Origin: Burkholderiales bacterium
GTDB taxonomy: Bacteria; Pseudomonadota; Gammaproteobacteria; Burkholderiales; SG8-39
Length of the DNA stretch: 64,000 nt
Reading direction: 5' to 3'
Assembly (NCBI GenBank): GCA_035702665.1
Contig: DASSQD010000047.1
Span: 101-64,100 of the forward strand
The position numbers were made by a program, and so were the translations under genes. Positions 28,647-36,961 of this stretch are shown here, in pieces (position 1 is the first letter of the stretch; every line of letters starts with the position of its first letter). Under the pieces are notes generated by a model. It had not been told where the DNA came from, did not search any database, and worked only from the letters and a program-made list of their open reading frames with translations.

Positions 28647-30413
28647 ATGGTTTTCATTTCACGTTGTTTGCGATTGGCTTGCGTCGCCCTCGCAGCGTCC
28701 GTCGTCGCGCTGCCCGCGTGGGCCGACGACGACAGGGACTGCAAGCACGGCGGGTCGCTACGACTCGTCAACGGCAGGATCCATACGATGGACGCGAGGG
28801 ACCAGATCGTGTCCTCGGTGCTCATCAAGAACGGCAAGTTCGCCGCCGTGGGTCACGGGCGCGGCAACGACGACGGTGATTGCGCGCGGACGATCGATCT
28901 GCGCGGACGCACCGCAGTGCCGGGGATCATCGACAGCCACAATCACATCATCCTGCTCGGCCTTCGTCCCGGGCGCGACGCGCGCCTGGAAAACGCCAAC
29001 TCGATCGGCGAGGCGCTCGCGACGCTGGCCGCGCGCGCTGCGGAAGTCCAGCCCGGCGAATGGGTGACGTCGGTCGGCGGCTTCAGCCGCAACCAGTTCT
29101 TCCGCGCTCCCCAGCCGGTCCGCTTCCCGACGCTCGCCGAGCTGACGGCGGCAGTGCCCAATCACCCGGTGTTCATCATGGAAGGCTTCAGCGGCCCGGG
29201 AGCGACGAACGCGCTCGGCAGGGCGTTCCTAATGGCGAACGGCGTCCCCGTCGGAGCCGACGGGTTCGTCGACGGCGGCGCGTTCGGCGTCGCCACGCCC
29301 TGCACCACGGCGCTCTTCCTCCTGCGCCAGATGCAGACGCCCGACTCGAAGCTGCAGGGTCTCAGGGACGCGATGCGCTACGCCGCGGGAATCGGCGTCA
29401 CCACGCACCTCGACCAGGGCGGCTTCCCGTTCATCGTCCCGGGGGTGGGCGACGCGAGCGACGGCGCCGCGGACTTCGACCGCTACCGCGCGCACGACTC
29501 GGTGCGCGCCCTCTACCAGCGGGGCGAGTTGACCAACCGCATCTGGGTCAATTTCCTGCACGTCGAGGAGGATCTCAATACTCCCGAGCTTCAGGCCAGG
29601 CTGCTCAACAGCTGGAACGACTTCGGCAACAACATGCTGCGGACGCTCGGCATCGGCGAGTTCACCGCGAGCGCGTTCATCGCGCCCGGGACCCCCGCGT
29701 GGTTCAACGGCACGCGGCTCGTCGCGCAGGCGCAATGGCGCAACGAGAACCATTCGCTCAACTTCCCGGTATTCGCCCTCCCGGGATTGCCGCTCGACTG
29801 GAAAGTGATCATCGACGGCTGGCAGCAGGTGAACAACGAGATGGTCGCGGCGGGCAACCCCGACGGCATTACGAAATTGCGCTGGGTGCTCGCGCATGTG
29901 CCCGTGATCACGCCCGACTACCTCCAGAAGCTGAAGAACCTCGGCGGCGGCGTGAACGTCCTGGGCGGCTGGCGCTGGCTCACCGGAGACTCGATCAACA
30001 ACGGCCCGCCGTTCCGCGACATCCTGGCGAGCGGCATACCGGTCGGCATGAGCTCGGACGGCATGCAGATCTCGACCATGAGCCCGTGGATCAACCTGTA
30101 CTACGTGGTCACCGGCAAGAACGCGCGCGGCGATCTCATCAACGCGGGGCAGACGCTGGGCCGCAACGACGCGATGCGGCTCTATACCGCCGCCAACGGC
30201 TGGTTCCTCCGGGCCGAGGACAAGCTCGGCACCATCGAGGATGGAAAGCTCGCGGACCTCGTCGTGCTGAGCGCCGATTATTTCAACGAGCGCATGGTGC
30301 CCGACGAAAACATCAAGGATCTGCGCTCGGTCCTCACCGTCGTCGGCGGCAAGGTGATGTACGACGATCTCGACGGCAGATCGAGGGACTACTGGAAGGC
30401 AGGATTCCCTTGA
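28647..30413 (+). CDS. Exported amidohydrolase (amidohydrolase_3 family)
   Basis: Signal peptide; NGRIHTMD, PGIIDSHNH, LAH, GTIEDGKLADLVVLS. Confidence 0.88.
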   Translation: MVFISRCLRLACVALAASVVALPAWADDDRDCKHGGSLRLVNGRIHTMDARDQIVSSVLIKNGKFAAVGHGRGNDDGDCARTIDLRGRTAVPGIIDSHNHIILLGLRPGRDARLENANSIGEALATLAARAAEVQPGEWVTSVGGFSRNQFFRAPQPVRFPTLAELTAAVPNHPVFIMEGFSGPGATNALGRAFLMANGVPVGADGFVDGGAFGVATPCTTALFLLRQMQTPDSKLQGLRDAMRYAAGIGVTTHLDQGGFPFIVPGVGDASDGAADFDRYRAHDSVRALYQRGELTNRIWVNFLHVEEDLNTPELQARLLNSWNDFGNNMLRTLGIGEFTASAFIAPGTPAWFNGTRLVAQAQWRNENHSLNFPVFALPGLPLDWKVIIDGWQQVNNEMVAAGNPDGITKLRWVLAHVPVITPDYLQKLKNLGGGVNVLGGWRWLTGDSINNGPPFRDILASGIPVGMSSDGMQISTMSPWINLYYVVTGKNARGDLINAGQTLGRNDAMRLYTAANGWFLRAEDKLGTIEDGKLADLVVLSADYFNERMVPDENIKDLRSVLTVVGGKVMYDDLDGRSRDYWKAGFP

Positions 30414-30432
30414 GCGGGGTGATCGCGGGCTT

Positions 30433-30750
30433 CTAGGACCCGCCCGGGAGCCGCGCGCGCAAGTCGCGCAGCTGCTCCTCCAGGTCGCGCACGCGCTCGA
30501 GCAGCGCGACCGCGAGCGCGAGCCCCTGCGGGTCGAGGTCGAAATCCTTGCGCAGCCGCGACGCGCTGCGCGCGACGATCAGCCGGTCCGAGCTGAAGGT
30601 CCACTCGCGCGCGTCGGGATCGGCAGGCGCGATCGCCCCGAAGTCGACCAGGACGCGCAGCTCCGATTCCGACAGGCCCGACAGCTCGCACAGCTCCGCG
30701 AGCGTGAGCTCGTAGCGCTCGTGCAGCCAGCGGCCTTGCTCGATGCTCAT
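30433..30750 (-). CDS. cbpM: Chaperone modulator CbpM
   Basis: LTLAELCELSG...RLRKDFDLD..GLALAVALLER; overlaps the cbpA stop. Confidence 0.9.
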   Translation of the reverse strand: MSIEQGRWLHERYELTLAELCELSGLSESELRVLVDFGAIAPADPDAREWTFSSDRLIVARSASRLRKDFDLDPQGLALAVALLERVRDLEEQLRDLRARLPGGS

Positions 30751-31679
30751 TTCACCGCTTCCTCGCCGAAATGGCCGCGGGGATTGAAGGCCGAGGCGCC
30801 GGCGAGCTCCCGGTAGAGTTCCCGCTCGCGCTCGCTCGCGGCGCCCGGCACGACGATCTGGACGATCGCGAACAGGTCGCCCTCTCCCGCATGCGGCTTG
30901 GGGAGCCCGCGCCCGGCGAGGCGGAGCTGCTGGCCCGCGCGCGTACCTGACGGGACCTTGAGCTGGACCGATCCCCCGAGCGTCGGCACATGGACGGAGG
31001 TGCCGAGCACCGCTTCCCAGGGCGCGAGCGGCAAATCGAGGAACAAGTCATGGCCGCTCACGCGGAACAGCGGGTGCGCGCGCAGCGCGATGTTGAGATA
31101 CAGGTCGCCGTCGCGCCCGCCGTTCAGGCCTTTGCCGCCTTTGCCCGCGAGGCGCAGGCGCTGCCCTTCGGTCGCGCCCTTGGGGATGCGCGCCTTGAAG
31201 GAGCGCTGCGCCCGATGCGGGAACCCGCGCTCGTCGTAGTCGGGCACGGCGAGATCGAGCGTGACTTCGGTTCCCCGGTAAGCCTCCTCCAGGCTGATGT
31301 TCGCGGTGACCTCGTAATCCTGTCCCGGCATGCGCGCGGTGCGGCCCTGCGTGCGTCCGCCGAATGCGGAGAACAGATCGCCGAGGTCGAGGTCTTCGAA
31401 CGAGAAAGTTCCGTTGCCGAACTGTTTCTCCCAGCCGGGAGGCGGGCGGAAATCCTGCCCGGCGCGGTGGGAGCCCAGCTGATCGTAAGCCGCGCGCTTC
31501 TGGGGATCCTTCAGCGTTTCGTAGGCTTCGGCGACCTCCTTGAATCTCTCCTCGGCATCGGGCTCCTTCGAGACGTCGGGATGATATTTACGCGCGAGCT
31601 TGCGGTAGGCGGTCTTGATCTCCTCGGGGCTCGCGCTCCGCGCGACACCCATCACGGCATAATAGTCCTTGTACTTCAT
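30747..31679 (-). CDS. cbpA: Curved DNA-binding DnaJ-class chaperone CbpA
   Basis: MKYKDYY, J-domain HPD, no zinc finger, DnaJ_C (PLAPWEA.LG); followed by cbpM. Confidence 0.92.
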   Translation of the reverse strand: MKYKDYYAVMGVARSASPEEIKTAYRKLARKYHPDVSKEPDAEERFKEVAEAYETLKDPQKRAAYDQLGSHRAGQDFRPPPGWEKQFGNGTFSFEDLDLGDLFSAFGGRTQGRTARMPGQDYEVTANISLEEAYRGTEVTLDLAVPDYDERGFPHRAQRSFKARIPKGATEGQRLRLAGKGGKGLNGGRDGDLYLNIALRAHPLFRVSGHDLFLDLPLAPWEAVLGTSVHVPTLGGSVQLKVPSGTRAGQQLRLAGRGLPKPHAGEGDLFAIVQIVVPGAASERERELYRELAGASAFNPRGHFGEEAVK

Positions 31680-31730
31680 CGTGCGGCATTGTATCCCCGG
31701 TCCCGGGATCGGGAGGCAAGGCACCTTCGT

Positions 31731-31744
31731 TTGATCCGGATCAA
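31731..31744. promoter_or_regulatory. FNR/ANR/FixK-type binding site
   Basis: Perfect TTGAT-CCGG-ATCAA between divergent cbpA and usp. Confidence 0.8.
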
Positions 31745-31794
31745 GGGCGCGAAGTCCCGGCCGACGTATCTTGGAGCCAGCGAAAGGAGCGATC

Positions 31795-32241
31795 ATGCTA
31801 TTCAGACACATCCTGATTCCCACCGACGGTTCGCACGTCGCGACGAAGGCGGTCAAGGCCGGGATCGCTTTCGCGAAGGAGGTCGGCGCCAAAGTCACCG
31901 GCTACTGCGCCGTCGAGCCGATCTATTCGCAGATCTACGGCGAGGGCTACATGTTCGCCGGAAATTCGATCGCGTCTCAGGAGAAGAAGGCCCGCCGGAT
32001 CGCCGAACGGCACGTCGCCGCCGTCGGCAAGCTGGCCAAGGCGTCGGGCGTCCCCTTCCAGGGACACGTTTCCAAGGCGGAGTCGCCCTACCTCGGCATC
32101 ATCGCCGCCGCCAGGCAAAAGCGCTGCGACGTGATCTTCATGGCCTCGAACAGCCGCCGGGGCATCGCCCGTCTGGTCATGGGCAGCGTGACTCAGAAGG
32201 TGCTGACGCACACGCGGACTCCGGTGCTCGTCTACCGCTAG
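31795..32241 (+). CDS. Universal stress protein
   Basis: FRHILIPTDGS, CDVIFMAS, MGSVTQKVL, PVLV; RBS AAAGGAG. Confidence 0.95.
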   Translation: MLFRHILIPTDGSHVATKAVKAGIAFAKEVGAKVTGYCAVEPIYSQIYGEGYMFAGNSIASQEKKARRIAERHVAAVGKLAKASGVPFQGHVSKAESPYLGIIAAARQKRCDVIFMASNSRRGIARLVMGSVTQKVLTHTRTPVLVYR

Positions 32242-32309
32242 AGGCAGCGCCCGCGCGGGGGCCATCACCGTCGCCCGCGCTTGAAGTAACATGCGGGTCG
32301 GTTCCCGCC

Positions 32310-33263
32310 ATGACCAGGCTGCTCATTCTGCTGACCTTGCCGGAAAAAATCAGAATGCAGTACTACAACGGCCTGCGCGACGCCTTCCCCGGGCTCGCGA
32401 TCGACCTCGTCGACCATCACTCGAAGGTCGATCCCTTCATCGGCTCCGCCGACATCCTCCTCACCTTCGGCGCCCACATGGCCGACCACGTGCTCGAGAA
32501 GGGCGCGAGCCTCAGATGGATCCAGGCCCTGGGCACCGGCGTCGACGGCATCGTCGACCGGCCCGCTCTCCGCTCCGGCGTGCTCGTCACCAACATGCAC
32601 GGCCTGCACGGCGACTCGGTGCCCGAAGCGGCGATCCTGCTGATGCTCGCCCTCGCGCGCGACCTGCCGCGCGCGATGCGCAACCGCAACGCGCGCAAGT
32701 GGGAGCGCTACCCCTCGCAGCTGCTTAAGGGGAAGACCGTGGGCATTTTCGGGGTGGGCGCGATCGCCAGGTCGCTCGCCCCGAAGTGCAAGTCGTTCGG
32801 CATGACGGTCGTCGGGATCAGCTCCGCGCCGCGAACCATGGAAGGCTTCGACCGTATGGTCCGCCGCGACGCGCTCGAGCAGGCTGCGCCGGATCTGGAC
32901 TTCCTGGTGCTGCTCACGCCGTACACCGCCGAGACGCACGGGATCGTCGGCGCGAGGGTCCTCGCCGCGATGAAGCCCTCGGCGTTCCTCGTGAACCTCG
33001 CGCGCGGCGGCATCGTCGACGAGGACGCGCTGCTGCTCGCGCTGCGGGAAAGGCGGCTTGCGGGCGCGGCGCTCGACGTGTTCGCGCAGGAACCGCTGCC
33101 CGAAGACCACCCTTTCTGGAGCCTGGACAACGTCATCGTCACGCCGCACCTCGGCGGCTTCCACGACCAGTACGCCGAGCAGGCGCTGCCGACGGTGGTG
33201 GAGAACTTCAGGAAGTTCCTCGCAGGAGACACGGCCGGCATGATCAACGTGGTAAAACGCTAG
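32310..33263 (+). CDS. D-2-hydroxyacid dehydrogenase family protein
   Basis: GIFGVGAIA Rossmann motif, NLARGGIVDE, LDVF..EPL, TPH.GG. Confidence 0.92.
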   Translation: MTRLLILLTLPEKIRMQYYNGLRDAFPGLAIDLVDHHSKVDPFIGSADILLTFGAHMADHVLEKGASLRWIQALGTGVDGIVDRPALRSGVLVTNMHGLHGDSVPEAAILLMLALARDLPRAMRNRNARKWERYPSQLLKGKTVGIFGVGAIARSLAPKCKSFGMTVVGISSAPRTMEGFDRMVRRDALEQAAPDLDFLVLLTPYTAETHGIVGARVLAAMKPSAFLVNLARGGIVDEDALLLALRERRLAGAALDVFAQEPLPEDHPFWSLDNVIVTPHLGGFHDQYAEQALPTVVENFRKFLAGDTAGMINVVKR

Positions 33264-33265
33264 AT

Positions 33266-34462
33266 ATGGCGACGAACGAGCGCATCAACCATCCGATCTC
33301 CACGCCCGAGCTCGAGCGCCGCTGGTCCGAGGCGCGCGCGGCGATGGCCGAGCACCGCATCGACGCGCTCGTCATGCAGTCGAACAACGACTGGATGGGC
33401 GGCTACGTCAAATGGTTCACCGACGTCCCGGCGACCAACGGCTACCCGGTCACGGTGATCTTTCCCAAGGACGAGCGCATGACCGTCATCGGCCAGGGGC
33501 CGATGGGCGTGGTGCGCGAGTTCGGCCCGCAGGACGACCCCGTGCGCCGCGGCACCGCGCGCTTCATCGGCATGCCCTCGTACGCGTCCTGTCCGTATAC
33601 GGCCGACTACGACGCCGGGCTGGCGGAGAAGGCGCTGGAGAAGTATTCGGGCGGGACGATCGGGCTCCTCGGGCGCGCGGCGATGTCCTTCGCGCTCGGC
33701 GACCACCTGCGGCGCAAGCTCGCGCGCGCGAAATTCACCGACGCCTCCGACTGGATCGACGGCATCAAGGCGGTGAAGAGCCCCGAGGAGCTGGAACGAA
33801 TCCGCAAGACCGCGCTGCTGCAGGACGCGGCGATGGAGGAGACCTTCGCCGCGATCGAGCCGGGCATGCGCGAGCTGGAGGTCGCGGCGGTCGCCGAGCA
33901 CGTCGGCCATCGGCACGGCAGCGAGCAGGGCCTGTTCCTCACGGGCTCGGGACCGGTCGGCACCGCCGCCGTGTTCGCCAACCGCTACCAGCAGAATCGG
34001 GTGCTGCGCGAGGGCGACCAGTTCACCATCCTCATCGAGAACAACGGGCCGGGCGGCTTCTACACCGAGCTCGGCCGCACCTGCGTGCTCGGGCGCGCTT
34101 CGCAGGAGATGAAGGACGAGTTCGCCTTCGTGCTCGAGGCGCAGAAATTCACCCTGGCGCGCCTCGTGCCCGGGGCGAAAGCGAGCGAGATCTTCGCCGA
34201 GTACAACGACTTCATGAAGAAGAACAAGCGCCCCGAGGAGAAGCGCCTGCACTCCCACGGCCAGGGCTACGACATGGTCGAACGGCCGCTGGTGAGGCAC
34301 GACGAAACGATGGTGATCGAGAAGAACATGAACATGGTGTGCCACCCGACCTACGTCACCCAGCGCACCTACAGCTGGTGCTGCGACAACTTCCTGATCG
34401 GCGAGAGCGGGGTCGCCGAAAGGCTGCACAAATTTCCGCAGAAAATCGTCGAACTAGGATAG
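33266..34462 (+). CDS. M24 (Xaa-Pro peptidase/creatinase) family protein
   Basis: Creatinase-N region (ELERR...IDALV), VKSPEE, GFYTELGRT, HSHGQG. Confidence 0.85.
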   Translation: MATNERINHPISTPELERRWSEARAAMAEHRIDALVMQSNNDWMGGYVKWFTDVPATNGYPVTVIFPKDERMTVIGQGPMGVVREFGPQDDPVRRGTARFIGMPSYASCPYTADYDAGLAEKALEKYSGGTIGLLGRAAMSFALGDHLRRKLARAKFTDASDWIDGIKAVKSPEELERIRKTALLQDAAMEETFAAIEPGMRELEVAAVAEHVGHRHGSEQGLFLTGSGPVGTAAVFANRYQQNRVLREGDQFTILIENNGPGGFYTELGRTCVLGRASQEMKDEFAFVLEAQKFTLARLVPGAKASEIFAEYNDFMKKNKRPEEKRLHSHGQGYDMVERPLVRHDETMVIEKNMNMVCHPTYVTQRTYSWCCDNFLIGESGVAERLHKFPQKIVELG

Positions 34463-34473
34463 AGGAGGAAAAA

Positions 34474-35442
34474 ATGAAAGCAATCGTGCGCGTCCTTGCC
34501 GCCGCGGTATCGTGCGCCGTCCTGGGGCACGCGGCCGCCCAGGAATTCCCGAACCGTCCGGTGCACTGGATCCTGTCGCAGCCGCCGGGCTCCTCGCCCG
34601 ACATCAGCGCGCGGCTCGTCGCCGACGGGCTTTCCAAAGCTTGGAACCAGCAGGTCGTCGTCGACAACCGCCCCGGCGGGCAGAACGTGATCGGCGCGGT
34701 GGCCGCGGCGAAGTCTCCCGGCGACGGCTACAACTACTACTTCGCCACCACCGCGGCGCTCGTCAGCAATCCCCTCACCTTCAAGTCGCTGGCCTACAAC
34801 CCCGAGCACGATTTCGTTCCGGTGGCGATGATCGGCAAATCGCCGATGGTGATCGCGGTGAACAACGCGGTGCCGGCGAAGACGATCGCCGAGCTGGTCG
34901 CGCTCGACAAGAAGGATCCCGGCAAGCTCGCCGCCGCGAACGAGGGCACCAAGACCTTCGGCGGCATGATGAGCCAGCTCCTGAACGTCGCAACGGGCAT
35001 GCGCCTGCTGCAGGTGCCGTACAACGGCGTCGCGCCGGCGCTGCAGGACACCGTCGTCGGCCGGACGCAGGTGGTGCTGGTGAGCTCGGCGGCCATGAGC
35101 CCCTACCTCAAGCGCGGCGACCTGCGCGCGATCGCAGTCACGGCCAGCAGGCGCGTCACCGGCCTCGAGAGCGTGCCTACGATGGCCGAGAGCTATCCGG
35201 GCTTCGAGTACGTCGGCTGGTTCGCGCTGGTCGCTCCCGCGGGCACACCCGAGAGCATCGTGCGCAAGGTCAACGCAGACGTCAACGCGGTGCTCGCCAA
35301 GGAAGACATCCAGAAGCGCCTGCTCGACCTGGGCGCGATCAACGAGGGGCCGGGGACGCCCGAGCAGCTCGCGCAATTCCTCAAGGACGAGCGCGTACGC
35401 TGGGCGAAGCTGGTGAAGGACATCAACCTGCAGCCCGAGTGA
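34474..35442 (+). CDS. Bug/TctC substrate-binding protein
   Basis: FPNRPV, PPGSSPD, DNRPGG, DGY, VPYNG; RBS GAGGAGG. Confidence 0.92.
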   Translation: MKAIVRVLAAAVSCAVLGHAAAQEFPNRPVHWILSQPPGSSPDISARLVADGLSKAWNQQVVVDNRPGGQNVIGAVAAAKSPGDGYNYYFATTAALVSNPLTFKSLAYNPEHDFVPVAMIGKSPMVIAVNNAVPAKTIAELVALDKKDPGKLAAANEGTKTFGGMMSQLLNVATGMRLLQVPYNGVAPALQDTVVGRTQVVLVSSAAMSPYLKRGDLRAIAVTASRRVTGLESVPTMAESYPGFEYVGWFALVAPAGTPESIVRKVNADVNAVLAKEDIQKRLLDLGAINEGPGTPEQLAQFLKDERVRWAKLVKDINLQPE

Positions 35443-36440
35443 CGCGACCGCCGCGCGCCCGGCTGGCCGGACCGGTTGTCGCGGCAGCGCTGCTCCTCGC
35501 CGCCTCGTCGTGCGCGCACCGGGCGACACCGCGGCCCGGAGATACGGTGACGCTCCGGGTCGCCCACGTCGTCAATCCGCACCTTCCGCGCATGAATCCC
35601 GGGCAGATCGGCGCCATGCTCAGGGCGGCGCGGCGCGGCGCATTGGAGAACTTCGGCGTGAACGTGGAATTCACGGAACCCGAGGAGCTGTCGCTGAAGG
35701 ATTTGTTCGACCGCGCCACGCCGAGGCAGAGGCGCGAATGGAACGGGCTCAGCTACGACTTCAAGAACGGCAAAGGGGACCGGACGCGGCTCGTCCGGGG
35801 ATACGCCGCGGCGCTGCGCAGCGACGAAAACAGCCTCGACGGTCTGATCGCCTACGCGCAGCCGTATCTCCTCGCCCCCGTGCGCGAGCGCACCTACCAG
35901 GGACTCGCGGAGGCGGTGACCGCGACGCTCGTCGCGCGCCTGGAGGAGCTCAAGTCCCAGAGGCTTCCCGACGGGAGCGGGCTGATCGACGGCTCGCCCG
36001 ACAACGAAGTCCTCTACTGGGTGTTCATCGGCAAGCTCTCGTTTCCGTACGACGTCGTCATCACCAATCAGCTGATCGCGAGCGCGGAGTATGTCGGGTC
36101 CTCGGTGCACACCGCGATCCGCGGCGGCATCACCAACGGCATCACCACGAGCAACCCGTCCTCGCCGTACGGGACGACGGCGATCGTGAGCACCTATCCC
36201 CTGATCGGCGAGGACGGCGCGGTGCGAAGCTTGAGGGGCGGCGAGAGCTATTCGGAGGCGGACAGCGCCCGGTTCGCAGGATTCCTGCTGGTCCACGAGA
36301 TCGGCCACCAGCTCTTCGATTTCGGGCACCCTTACGGCAGACGGATGTGCGTGATGGATCCGCCCGAGCTGCTCCGCTTCCGGGATTGGGTGGGGCAGCT
36401 GTCGTCCAAGGACTGTCCGGCTCGGGCGATGAAGCCATGA
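35439..36440 (+). CDS. Putative lipoprotein zinc metallopeptidase (metzincin-like)
   Basis: GTGA overlap; lipobox-like LAASSC; C-terminal HEIGHQLFDFGH...CVM. Confidence 0.65.
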   Translation: MTRPPRARLAGPVVAAALLLAASSCAHRATPRPGDTVTLRVAHVVNPHLPRMNPGQIGAMLRAARRGALENFGVNVEFTEPEELSLKDLFDRATPRQRREWNGLSYDFKNGKGDRTRLVRGYAAALRSDENSLDGLIAYAQPYLLAPVRERTYQGLAEAVTATLVARLEELKSQRLPDGSGLIDGSPDNEVLYWVFIGKLSFPYDVVITNQLIASAEYVGSSVHTAIRGGITNGITTSNPSSPYGTTAIVSTYPLIGEDGAVRSLRGGESYSEADSARFAGFLLVHEIGHQLFDFGHPYGRRMCVMDPPELLRFRDWVGQLSSKDCPARAMKP

Positions 36441-36961
36441 CCCGGAGAGTCGTCACCGGACACGACGCGAGCGGCCGCGCCGTGGTGCTTTTCGACGGCG
36501 AATCGCCGCACCGCTTCGTCCTCGAGAAAGCCGGAGGCCTCGAACTCACCGAAATCTGGGAGACGCGCTCCTCGCCCGCCGACAATTCCGGCGCGGGTGA
36601 CGCCGGCGACCACGAGCGGCGCATCGAGCCGGTCGGCGGCGGCAGCGTATTCCGCATCATCGTCTACCCTCCCGACAGCGCGCGGCTGAGGACGCTCGAT
36701 CCCGATCGTTTCTTCCACGCGATGGGCGCGCAGGCGGCGAGCGCCGCCACGCGCAGGCACCCGGGCATGCACAAGACCGACACCGTCGACTACTGCGTGG
36801 TGCTCTCCGGGGAGATCTGGGCGGTGCTCGATGAAGGCGAGGTACTGCTGCGCGCGGGCGACGTGCTGGTGCAGCGCGGCACGAACCACGCCTGGAGCAA
36901 CCGCACTGAGAAGCCGTGCGCGATTGCGTTCGTACTGATCGCCGCGAGACCCGCGCCATGA
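36437..36961 (+). CDS. Cupin-domain protein
   Basis: RRVVTGHD, MHKTDTVDY, GDVLVQRGTNHAW. Confidence 0.9.
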   Translation: MTRRVVTGHDASGRAVVLFDGESPHRFVLEKAGGLELTEIWETRSSPADNSGAGDAGDHERRIEPVGGGSVFRIIVYPPDSARLRTLDPDRFFHAMGAQAASAATRRHPGMHKTDTVDYCVVLSGEIWAVLDEGEVLLRAGDVLVQRGTNHAWSNRTEKPCAIAFVLIAARPAP

